The position numbers and the translations under genes were made by a program. This document shows, piece by piece, positions 8,814 to 17,422 of a stretch of DNA of 26,942 nucleotides (the first letter of the stretch is position 1; each line of letters starts with the position of its first letter). Below the pieces are notes generated by a model that was not told the DNA's origin, did no database searches, and was given only the letters and a program-made list of their open reading frames with translations. The DNA comes from Pseudomonadota bacterium (lineage in GTDB: Bacteria > Bdellovibrionota_B > Oligoflexia > Silvanigrellales > Silvanigrellaceae): NCBI GenBank assembly GCA_039799905.1, contig JBDLRP010000022.1:1-26942 (forward strand), in the 5' to 3' direction.

Positions 8814-9749
8814 TCAGACAGCAATTCCTGTTTCGCGCAGAACGTCGTTCAGACTCACTTTTGCGTCGGTGCGCTCATTGCGCCACGCAATTATATAGGA
8901 GCACTGCAGGTGCACGTCACCGCCGGGGAAAGACTTCAGACGAGTGCCTGGCGCGACAACAGCATTGGGCGGAATGTATCCGCGATACTCAACGCGTTCA
9001 GGTGAAGTGACGTCGAAAATGGGCGTTGTTGCAGTAATGCAGACGTTTGCTCCCAGAACAGCTCCTGCACTGACAACAGCACCTTCCACCACAATCGCAC
9101 GGCTGCCGATGAATGCGTTGTCACCGACAATCACAGGACGCGCGTTGGCAGGTTCAAGGACACCGCCAATCCCAACTCCACCGGCCAAGTGAACGTTGGC
9201 GCCGATCTGCGCACAAGAACCGACGGTGGCCCATGTATCGACCATGGTTCCCGCACCCACATAGGCACCGATATTGACGTAACCCGGCATGATAATCGCA
9301 CCAGGGGAGACATAAGCACCCTCGCGGATCACTCCCGGCGGAACAACACGCACGCGCATTTCAGCATGATCGGAGCGGGTGTCGAGTTTGTCATGGAAGA
9401 CCAGCGTGTCGCCATGAATGCGCCCTTGGGAAGCGGATTGCTCCCCTGCATAGGCTGCAACACCTGTCGACATTCTGGGTGAACGCCAGCGCAGGGTCAG
9501 TAAAACAGCCTGCTTGACCCACGCATGAACATCCCAAGCGCGCAAATCGCCAGTCATCGGCGCAAGCGTATGGGTCGCCTCAGTTCCGAGCGGAGTGACA
9601 ACACGCAACACGCCGTGTTCAAGGGCGCGCAGAATTCCCACCAGCACCTGCTGGGTCTTGGGGTTCTTGAGCTGCTCAGGATCATTCCAAGCGGCTGCGA
9701 CTGTTTGCTTCCATTCGTTGAGTTTTTCGGGTGAGATTGCCTGTGTCAT
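8814..9749 (-). CDS. dapD: 2,3,4,5-tetrahydropyridine-2,6-dicarboxylate N-succinyltransferase
   Basis: WVKQAVLL, RVVPP, YVNIGAYVGAGTMVDTWATVGSCAQIGANVHLAGGVGIGGVLEP, hexapeptide repeats, C-terminal TDAKVSLNDVLR. Confidence 0.96.
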   Translation of the reverse strand: MTQAISPEKLNEWKQTVAAAWNDPEQLKNPKTQQVLVGILRALEHGVLRVVTPLGTEATHTLAPMTGDLRAWDVHAWVKQAVLLTLRWRSPRMSTGVAAYAGEQSASQGRIHGDTLVFHDKLDTRSDHAEMRVRVVPPGVIREGAYVSPGAIIMPGYVNIGAYVGAGTMVDTWATVGSCAQIGANVHLAGGVGIGGVLEPANARPVIVGDNAFIGSRAIVVEGAVVSAGAVLGANVCITATTPIFDVTSPERVEYRGYIPPNAVVAPGTRLKSFPGGDVHLQCSYIIAWRNERTDAKVSLNDVLRETGIAV

Positions 9750-9755
9750 GCGGAG

Positions 9756-10958
9756 TCATCCTCTCTTGAGCGCGCCGGTGCTGATGGCGTTCTGCCACAG
9801 GCCGACACATTGCTCAATCTTGGCCGCCTCGGGAACCAAAGCCAAGCGAAACCATTGTTTGGAACTGTCACCCAGAGCATCTCCGGGAGTCGCAACGATG
9901 CCCGTGGATGCAGCAAGAGCTTCGCAATACTCCTCACCCGTCGCAAATCCTTCGGGAGCCTTGATCCACACGTAAAAAGTCGCTGTCGAAGGCAGGACAG
10001 TGAAGCCGTTGTTGAGCAAAAATGTTTCGACGATACGCCGCTTGTTGGCGAAAATCTGGTTGCGCTCAGCCACGTGGCGATCGTCGCCCCACGCCGCAAT
10101 CGCAGCGCGCTGAACGAACTCCGGCGTACCGACACCGACGTTGGGGCGATACTTGGCAAAAGCAGAAATTAAACGCGCATCCCCGGCGACAAAGCCGGAG
10201 CGGTAACCAGTCATTCCGGAACGCTTGCTCAGACTGAAGAACGCCAGCAGGTTACGGTATGCATTTTCAGACGCGACCTCCAGCAGCGACACCGGCTTCT
10301 CCGTATTCGGAAAATACATGTCGACGTAACATTCATCCGAGAGCAGCACGATGTCGTTCTCGACGGCCCATTTGTAAATGCGCAGTGCATCGGCGCGCGG
10401 CAGAAGAGCACCGGTCGGATTGTGCGGATACGAGATCCACACAGCAGCCATCTGTGGAAGGACGTCTTTGGGAATACTCAACGGATCGAAAACATAATTT
10501 TTCGCGGGATCGAGGGTGTACTGATACGGCACACCACCAGAAAGCAATGTTGAGTTGCGGTAAACTGGAAAACCGGGATCGGGAAATGCCACCATCCGCC
10601 GTGCGCTGCCGCTGTTGAGCAGGACGTGCGGAATATGAAAGATTGCTTCCTTGCTGCCGTTGCTGGAAATGACCTGCGTGGCCGGGTCGATGCTTGCGTT
10701 CAGACGGTGCTTGCACCAATGCGCACACGCCATGCGAAAATCAAGCGAACCCTGCGACAACGGATACTGACTGACTTTCGGGATGTGTTCCGCGAGTGCC
10801 TTGCGGATGAACTCCGGAGTTTCCTCCTGAGGATCTCCAATACCGAAATCAAAAATCTCGCGGCCGGCTCCGCGCAAACGGGCTTTGCGATCGTCATTTC
10901 TAAGGAGCGAATATTTTGGGAGCAAATCAAGCCAAGAATTCGATGGCAGTGAAGACAC
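9756..10958 (-). CDS. dapC: PLP-dependent class I/II aminotransferase, probably succinyldiaminopimelate transaminase
   Basis: DFGIGDP, NGSKEAIF, YPHNPTG, SDECY, FSLSKRSGMTGYRSGF. Lies directly upstream of dapD. AGGAG favours GTG 10958 (alternative start 10967). Confidence 0.8.
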   Translation of the reverse strand: MSSLPSNSWLDLLPKYSLLRNDDRKARLRGAGREIFDFGIGDPQEETPEFIRKALAEHIPKVSQYPLSQGSLDFRMACAHWCKHRLNASIDPATQVISSNGSKEAIFHIPHVLLNSGSARRMVAFPDPGFPVYRNSTLLSGGVPYQYTLDPAKNYVFDPLSIPKDVLPQMAAVWISYPHNPTGALLPRADALRIYKWAVENDIVLLSDECYVDMYFPNTEKPVSLLEVASENAYRNLLAFFSLSKRSGMTGYRSGFVAGDARLISAFAKYRPNVGVGTPEFVQRAAIAAWGDDRHVAERNQIFANKRRIVETFLLNNGFTVLPSTATFYVWIKAPEGFATGEEYCEALAASTGIVATPGDALGDSSKQWFRLALVPEAAKIEQCVGLWQNAISTGALKRG

Positions 10959-10973
10959 GTTGAGCACTCCTGT

Positions 10974-11735
10974 TCAGAGATGCACGGCCGACTGGCCGGC
11001 AAATGCCGTGCGCAAGACTTGCCCCAGTGCGGTCGTATCCGCAAGCATCTCGGCTCTTGTCAGGGCATCCAAAGCCGCGGAGCGATCGTCGCGGACGAGA
11101 TGCAGTAATGCATTAAAAACATGCAGCTCAACAAAACGTGGGTCGTGTCTGCGTGCGTTTTCAATCTCAAGGATCGCCTTATCAACCATCTGCTGTGCCA
11201 AAAAGGTGCGCGCCATTTGCAAACGTCCGCGCGCGTGGTCGTAGTAGCGGCACGCCTCTTCGGCCGCTTCTTGAGCACGCTGCAAAAGACCAAGTTCGAG
11301 CAGCGAATCACTCAATTCGAGGTATTTTTCAGCGGCCGCACGACCCACCGCGACACCCAACTGCACAGGCAGCTGCCCCAAAGGTGGAGTGGGCGCACCG
11401 TGAGCGCCCATCGAGCCCGCCTGCGACGGTGTCGAGCTGTCGAGCACGCGCGCGGCATCGAAGCGAACCGTGGCCTCGTCATAAAATCCCAAATCAGAAA
11501 GCACGATGGCGCCGTTGAGCAATGGCTCCAAAAAATGTGGATCGGCACACACGGCGCGGTCGAAAGCGGCCAGCGCGTCCGAGTATTGCCCCTGAGCCAT
11601 GTACAAAAGCCCGAGCCTGTTGAGCCACCGCGCGTCGTCCGGAGAATCTGCCAATGATTCGACCACCAGCTGTTCGGCTCCTTCAAAATCGCCTGAGCCA
11701 TAAGCGACCGTGAATTCCTGCACTCTCATGTCCAT
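10974..11735 (-). CDS. Tetratricopeptide repeat protein
   Basis: TPR patterns (WLNRLGLLYMAQGQYSDALAAFDRAVCADP; AILEIENARRHDP) in two blocks separated by a P/G-rich linker. Confidence 0.88.
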   Translation of the reverse strand: MDMRVQEFTVAYGSGDFEGAEQLVVESLADSPDDARWLNRLGLLYMAQGQYSDALAAFDRAVCADPHFLEPLLNGAIVLSDLGFYDEATVRFDAARVLDSSTPSQAGSMGAHGAPTPPLGQLPVQLGVAVGRAAAEKYLELSDSLLELGLLQRAQEAAEEACRYYDHARGRLQMARTFLAQQMVDKAILEIENARRHDPRFVELHVFNALLHLVRDDRSAALDALTRAEMLADTTALGQVLRTAFAGQSAVHL

Positions 11736-11868
11736 GGTTGTGCCCCCGTAAAATGCCCGTCAACAACGTAACGCACATGTCTGCACATCGCCATCCGGCG
11801 CCCCTGACAGGCGTGATAACCTTGACTCGGCTCAGTGCCATCCTTTCACTTTTTTGATTGAGGTTGTG

Positions 11869-12975
11869 ATGAAACTTCTTGCTCTTGTGACCAGCTTTGC
11901 GCTGGCGGCAACAATTTCCGGCTGCGGTAAAAAAGACGCTGTCAAGGCCATACAGGATGCGGTGCTCGACCCGACAGGCGACATCACTTCCGATGCGGTT
12001 TCTTTGGCCGACGACCAGAGCGACACCCTCGATGAAATTGCATCAGCACTCAACGAAAATGGTTCCGGCGGGGCAGCTTCGGCACTCACCGAGATGATGC
12101 TTGCACCCGGCACACCTGTCACAAAAGCAGATGCATTGGGCTCACGCACCTGCACGGCCGATACCACGGCCGGCACCGTTACCGTCGTGCTGACCTACGA
12201 CAAAGACAAGACACAGAACTCATCGAAAGCCGGCCGCATTGCGGCAGCCAGCAAGGTCACTTCCGAAGTAAAGGGCGAAGGCACCCTGACGCGCCTCTGG
12301 ACGTTGCCCGCCGCACGTGCGGCCGATGCCAAGTGCACGCCTTCCGCTCACTTCCAATTCAAAGGCAAGGGCGCGAGCGGCGCAAATGTCAACGAAGTGA
12401 GCCTGCTTGAAACCGAAGATCGCACACGCTCCATGAGCGTCAGCAAAGCCGGCAAAACACTCACCGGCCGGACTATGAAAACTGCTGGCACACGCAGCGT
12501 CACGTTTGATGCGGTCAGCGATGGCTCGGCAACCTACAAAAAAACCATTTCAACCAACGTGACCCGCACGATCACCTTGACAAAGCCCAACGGCGGAACG
12601 CTCACCCGTGAAAAGAAAATGTCGATGCCGATACCGCTCGTCGTAAAAGTCACACGCACTACAGAAGGCGAACTGACACAAAAACTGATCACCGAAGGTC
12701 AAACCAAGGCTGAGGTGACGGCGGACAGTGTGGAAGTGACAACAACATTCAGCAATGTGAAATATGACTTCACTTCCGCCAACGACAACGCATGCACCCC
12801 GGTGTCGGGCACCATCTCCGGTGAAACCAAAAAGGCAGGAACAAAGGTAAAGAGCTACACCATCGACTTCGGCGCAGACTCCGCAAACTTTGCGAGCGGG
12901 ATCAGCATCAAGGTCGGCGACGCGGATGCAGTGGACTGCCCGAACTGTGTTGTCGCCAAGTGTGACCTGGACTGA
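11869..12975 (+). CDS. Hypothetical Thr-rich, beta-strand-rich lipoprotein
   Basis: GAGG RBS, lipobox ISGC, alternating T/V/K strands, C-terminal CPNCVVAKC. Confidence 0.85.
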   Translation: MKLLALVTSFALAATISGCGKKDAVKAIQDAVLDPTGDITSDAVSLADDQSDTLDEIASALNENGSGGAASALTEMMLAPGTPVTKADALGSRTCTADTTAGTVTVVLTYDKDKTQNSSKAGRIAAASKVTSEVKGEGTLTRLWTLPAARAADAKCTPSAHFQFKGKGASGANVNEVSLLETEDRTRSMSVSKAGKTLTGRTMKTAGTRSVTFDAVSDGSATYKKTISTNVTRTITLTKPNGGTLTREKKMSMPIPLVVKVTRTTEGELTQKLITEGQTKAEVTADSVEVTTTFSNVKYDFTSANDNACTPVSGTISGETKKAGTKVKSYTIDFGADSANFASGISIKVGDADAVDCPNCVVAKCDLD

Positions 12976-13014
12976 GGCATCCTCCTGCCAGCCACGGGGC
13001 TTTGCAGGGGTTTG

Positions 13015-13070
13015 AACGCCGCACGGTTGCTCACCCGCCGAGGGTGCGTTAGCGTGCGGCGTTTGCTTTT
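13015..13070 (+). terminator. Strong hairpin plus short T tract upstream of purA (terminator or leader structure)
   Basis: Perfect 11-bp inverted repeat AACGCCGCACG (13015-13025) / CGTGCGGCGTT (13053-13063), inner CACCC/GGGTG stem, then TGCTTTT. Confidence 0.5.
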
Positions 13071-13088
13071 CCCCCAAAGGAGTCCCGT

Positions 13089-14366
13089 ATGCGCCAGCTG
13101 CTCACCCCAGGCAAAGCCACCTGCATTCTTGGTTCTCAATTCGGCGACGAAGGCAAAGGCAAATTCGTCGACCTGCTGGCACAGGACGCCGACCTCGTCT
13201 GCCGTGTTCAAGGCGGAAACAATGCCGGACACACCATCTGGGTCAGCGGCCGCAAAGTTGTCACACATTTGCTTCCATCAGGTGTTCTGCACCCACAATG
13301 CGAGGTCGCCATCGGCGCCGGCGTGGTGGTCGACCCGATGGTTCTGCGCGACGAAATTCTCCGCCTGAAAGAACAGGGATTCGATCTGGCTCCTGAACGC
13401 GTGCACATCGACTTCCGTGCGACGGCCATTCTTCCGGCGCACAAAGCACAAGACCTCAAGCGTGAATTCGAGCGCAGCCAATCAGGCTCGGCCATCGGCA
13501 CCACCGGACGCGGCATCGGGCCTGCGTATGCCAGCCGTGCGCACCGCGACGCGCCGCGTCTGGCGGATTGTGTGAGCGCAGGTTTTTTGGAAAACTTTGC
13601 ACAGAGCGGACATACACTTGCCGAAGGTCTGACTCCCGAAACACTCAGCGAATTCATTCAAGCTTGCCAATTCCTCCGCCCCTATCTCAAAGACGTTGCG
13701 ATGATCGTCCACAACCGCCTCAACGACGGTGCACGCGTGATGATTGAAGGCGCGCAGGGCGGGCTGCTGGATGTCTCCTATGGAACGTACCCTTACGTCA
13801 CTTCAAGCAACCTGATTTCCGGCTCCTGCGCGGGCGGAATCGGCATGCCGCCGACACGCATCGCCAACATCATCGGTGTTGCCAAGGCCTACAGCACGCG
13901 CGTTGGGCACGGCCCCTTCCCCGGTGAACTCAACGGTTCACTCGAGGAAGCCATCCGCGAGCGCGGGCATGAATTTGGTTCGACAACCGGTCGCTCGCGC
14001 CGCATCGGTTGGCTCGATCTTGTGGCATTGCGCTACATGGCCTGTGTCAATGGCTACACCAGTCTTGCGCTTATGAAATCGGATGTTTTGTGCGGGCTCG
14101 AGCACGTCGGAATCGTCACAGCATACAAAGACAAGCGCACCGGACAGCTGATGAGCGGCTGGCCAATGACAGCGGTTGCGTGGGAGAGCATTGAACCCGT
14201 CGTGGAATTTGAATCCGGCTGGGAACGTGTGATAGGTGTAAAAAATACATTAGACGAATCACTCGAAAGATTCGTTGAACGTATCGAGAATAATCTCGGA
14301 ATTCCGGTTAGTTATGTCTCAACCGGAGCCGAGCGCCTCGAGGGAGTGTGGCGCAACAACCGCTGA
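13089..14366 (+). CDS. purA: Adenylosuccinate synthetase
   Basis: GSQFGDEGKGK, QGGNNAGHT, IGTTGRGIGPAY, EGAQG, GTYPYVTSS, EFGSTTGRSRRIGWLD; AAGGAG RBS. Confidence 0.98.
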   Translation: MRQLLTPGKATCILGSQFGDEGKGKFVDLLAQDADLVCRVQGGNNAGHTIWVSGRKVVTHLLPSGVLHPQCEVAIGAGVVVDPMVLRDEILRLKEQGFDLAPERVHIDFRATAILPAHKAQDLKREFERSQSGSAIGTTGRGIGPAYASRAHRDAPRLADCVSAGFLENFAQSGHTLAEGLTPETLSEFIQACQFLRPYLKDVAMIVHNRLNDGARVMIEGAQGGLLDVSYGTYPYVTSSNLISGSCAGGIGMPPTRIANIIGVAKAYSTRVGHGPFPGELNGSLEEAIRERGHEFGSTTGRSRRIGWLDLVALRYMACVNGYTSLALMKSDVLCGLEHVGIVTAYKDKRTGQLMSGWPMTAVAWESIEPVVEFESGWERVIGVKNTLDESLERFVERIENNLGIPVSYVSTGAERLEGVWRNNR

Positions 14367-14440
14367 AACGGTGATTGTGATTGTCCTCTCTCAAGGCCGC
14401 TGTCGGTGCACAGCCCCCTTGCCATGGAGGACTCTCTGCC

Positions 14441-15706
14441 GTGTCTCATGCCCGCGCCAATGCTCTTGTTCTTCAGTCCGGTGGTCCCACTGCTGTCATC
14501 AATCAAACGCTGGCGGGAATTCTCACCTCAGTGCGTCAGCACTCAAACAAAATCAAAACTGTGTTCGGAGCTTTTCACGGACTGCACGGACTGCTGCACG
14601 AAAACCTCCTCGACCTGAGCACGCTGCCCGAACAAATCCTCAATGGCCTTGCACACACTCCCGGCGCTGCGCTCGGTTCTGCGCGCCTGAAACCAAAAAT
14701 CGAAGACCTCGATCGCTTGTTTGAAGTTTTTGCTGAGCACAACATCCGCTTTGTGTTTTACATCGGCGGCAACGATTCAGCCGAAGCGGCACAGCTCATC
14801 CGCAGCGAGGCCAATGCCCGCAAACACGACCTGCAGATTCTTCATGTTCCAAAAACCATCGACAACGACCTCATGGAAACCGACCACTGCCCCGGTTATG
14901 GAAGTGTTGCGCGAGTCGCCGCACATGTTCTGCTCGGAGATGATCTCGACAACCGAAGCTTCTACAACGGAATCAAAATCAACATCTGCATGGGGCGTCA
15001 CGCAGGCTGGATTGCCGCGGCCAGCGCACTCGCGCGCCGCTGTGTCGAAAATGAAGAGCCGGAAAATTGCGGACCGCATCTCATCTACATGCCTGAACAC
15101 AAGTTTTGTGAAGAGCAGTTCCTCAACGACATTCAAAACACCTACGACCGTCTGGGCCGCGCCACTGTCGTGGTTGCCGAGGGAATCGCGGACCAGTTAA
15201 AGAGCTCGCGCTTTGCCGGCGAGAAAGATGAATTCGGCAACGCCCAGTTGTCGGGCTCGGGAAAATTGGGTGACCACCTCGCCAAGATTGTCGACAAACA
15301 CATTCAGGTCCGTCAGCATCTCGGAAAACTACGCGTCCGTTCCGACACATGGGGTTACCTGCAACGTTCGTTACCCGGCGTAGTCTCGCAGGTCGACCAG
15401 CAGGAGGCATTTGAGGTCGGTGTTGCCGCAGTTGATGACATGATGCGCGGCGAAACCGATAAAACCGTTATCATAAAGCGAATTTCCGACGCACCTTACG
15501 CAAGCATGCCCGCGCTTGCAGACCTGTCGCTCGTTGCACAAAAAACAAAACTGGTTCCGGCCCACATGATCAATTCTGCGGGCAACGGCGTGACAAATGC
15601 ATTTTATGAGTACGTTCTGCCGCTGGTCGGAGAGCTGCCCAAAGCGTTCTCATTGGGTGGCGTGGGACGGGTCGGCAAAAAGCTGACCGACTACGTCAGG
15701 CACTGA
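14441..15706 (+). CDS. pfp: Phosphofructokinase, probably pyrophosphate-dependent
   Basis: QSGGPTAVIN, YIGGNDS (Asp at the GGDG/GGDD specificity position), VPKTIDNDL (Lys), MGRHAGW. GGAGGA 9 nt before GTG 14441. Confidence 0.88.
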   Translation: MSHARANALVLQSGGPTAVINQTLAGILTSVRQHSNKIKTVFGAFHGLHGLLHENLLDLSTLPEQILNGLAHTPGAALGSARLKPKIEDLDRLFEVFAEHNIRFVFYIGGNDSAEAAQLIRSEANARKHDLQILHVPKTIDNDLMETDHCPGYGSVARVAAHVLLGDDLDNRSFYNGIKINICMGRHAGWIAAASALARRCVENEEPENCGPHLIYMPEHKFCEEQFLNDIQNTYDRLGRATVVVAEGIADQLKSSRFAGEKDEFGNAQLSGSGKLGDHLAKIVDKHIQVRQHLGKLRVRSDTWGYLQRSLPGVVSQVDQQEAFEVGVAAVDDMMRGETDKTVIIKRISDAPYASMPALADLSLVAQKTKLVPAHMINSAGNGVTNAFYEYVLPLVGELPKAFSLGGVGRVGKKLTDYVRH

Positions 15707-15807
15707 ACGCCAAATCTGCGGCAGCTCCCGGCCGTGTGCTCCAGCTGCAATGTTATTGTGCTTGGGTCAAGCGTTGCTGCTGAGACTTCACATGAGGACG
15801 TTCGCAG

Positions 15808-17163
15808 ATGCTCACCCGCAAAACACAAGTCGCCGCTTCTTCACAAGCACTCACAGCCGAACCAGCCGGATCGCAAAACAACGTCAGCAAAAAAGAAATT
15901 TTCTCGTGGGCGATGTTCGACTTTGCCAACTCGAGCTACACGACGGTGGTCATCACTGCTGTATTCTCGGCATTTTTTGTCGAATACATCGTTCCAAAGG
16001 AATCGACCTCACGCGACACCTACTGGACAATCGCTATGAGTGCATCCACGCTGCTCGCACTGATATTGTCGCCGCTTGCAGGTGCCATCTGCGATCTCAG
16101 CGGGCGCAAAAAACGCTATCTCGCCTACACAACGGTCATCTGCGCCGTGGCAACCGCGCTGCTGTTTTTTGTCGGACAGGGAAACATCGCCTTGGCCATT
16201 CTGCTCATCACCATCAGCAACGCCGCGTTCATGCTCAGCGAAACTTTTTGCGGAAGCTTTTTGCCCGACTTGGCAAACAAGGAAAATATCGGCCTTATCT
16301 CGGGAATCGGCTGGGGACTCGGATACTTCGGCGGACTCGCAAGTCTTGCATTGGTGATGTCCATTCTTGGCGAGACCAAAGATTTGGATGCCGCACAGAT
16401 TGTCGGCAGGCACCAGACCGCGATGGTTGTGACGGGCATTTTCTTTCTGCTGGCGGCTTTGCCGACATTGCTCTTTGTCAAAAACCGCAGCAAGCCGAAG
16501 GCGGGTTTCGAGAACGCCTCCACTCTGGCACTGCTTAGCGCCGGACTGGCGCGATTCAAGCAAACCTTCAACACAGCAAAAAAACACAAAACCCTGTTCC
16601 GCTTTTTGCTTGCCTTTATGGTTTACATGGCTGGGCTCGATGCTGTTGTTAAGTTTGTCGGAATTTACGCACGCAGTGAATTGAAATTCGAACTTTCCGA
16701 CATCACCAAAATGTTTCTTATCCTGCAGCTCAGCGCAGCGGCAGGTGCGGTTGGATTTGGTTTTCTTGAATCCAAACTCGGAGCCAAGAAAACCGTCGTT
16801 GCCACTCTCGTGTGGTGGATTGTCGGCATCTTAGGAATCTATTTTTTAGGCAGTCTCGCAGGCATCACGGGACAAAGTGAGAAGACTCTGTTCTTTGTGA
16901 TTTCACTTATCGCCGGCTCGGGTATCGGTGCGACGCAAAGCTCCAGCCGTGCTGTGGTTGGTCTTCTTGCTCCTGCAGAACAAAGCGCAGAACTTTTCGG
17001 CTTCTGGGGATTCTTCGCGCGTCTGGGTGCACTGCTCGGCGCAGGTTTCGGCTTGCTTTCGGATGCTGCCGGAAGGCAAAACGCACTTCTTCTGATTGTT
17101 GCTTTTTTCGCCATCGGTGGACTGATGTTGTTGCCGCTTAAACTCGAGCGCGAAGAAGCCTGA
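15808..17163 (+). CDS. MFS transporter, ATG22/UMF1 (YxiO/BtlA-like) family
   Basis: SWAMFDFANSSYTTVV, SPLAGAICD, ISGIGWGLGYFGG, QSSSRA, ELFGFW; about 12 TM segments. Confidence 0.9.
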   Translation: MLTRKTQVAASSQALTAEPAGSQNNVSKKEIFSWAMFDFANSSYTTVVITAVFSAFFVEYIVPKESTSRDTYWTIAMSASTLLALILSPLAGAICDLSGRKKRYLAYTTVICAVATALLFFVGQGNIALAILLITISNAAFMLSETFCGSFLPDLANKENIGLISGIGWGLGYFGGLASLALVMSILGETKDLDAAQIVGRHQTAMVVTGIFFLLAALPTLLFVKNRSKPKAGFENASTLALLSAGLARFKQTFNTAKKHKTLFRFLLAFMVYMAGLDAVVKFVGIYARSELKFELSDITKMFLILQLSAAAGAVGFGFLESKLGAKKTVVATLVWWIVGILGIYFLGSLAGITGQSEKTLFFVISLIAGSGIGATQSSSRAVVGLLAPAEQSAELFGFWGFFARLGALLGAGFGLLSDAAGRQNALLLIVAFFAIGGLMLLPLKLEREEA

Positions 17164-17361
17164 TTCGTCTTGCGATCAACACGCTCGACCCACACGCGAG
17201 AGGCAAATTTCAACGACATTCTGGGTTGAATATCGGTTCGCGTTGATGATGATGGTGGAATCCCGCACACCTTCAGGCCATCTGCAAAGCCTCAAAAACG
17301 GTACATTTCTGTTATCGCGCCCGAGGCAAGCCAACAAAACTACTGAGATAAATCTGCACAT

Positions 17362-17389
17362 TAAAGATAACGCAATAAGTTTCCGATAA
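17362..17389 (+). promoter_or_regulatory. Sigma-28 (FliA/SigD)-like promoter
   Basis: TAAAG-N15-TCCGATAA versus consensus TAAA-N15/16-GCCGATAA; ends 33 nt before ATG 17423 in an AT-rich intergenic region. Confidence 0.65.
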
Positions 17390-17422
17390 TACTAAGAATA
17401 TTGTCGAGAAATTAGTGAAATT

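Noticed and set aside
15750..16589. Long alternative-frame and antisense ORFs over the MFS gene
   Set aside because: No motifs; typical shadow ORFs in GC-rich coding DNA.
17195..17300. c-di-GMP-I riboswitch-like words (GGCAAA ... GCAAAGCC)
   Set aside because: Spacing is far too long, and the GAAA-capped stem and GACGCAAAG core are absent.
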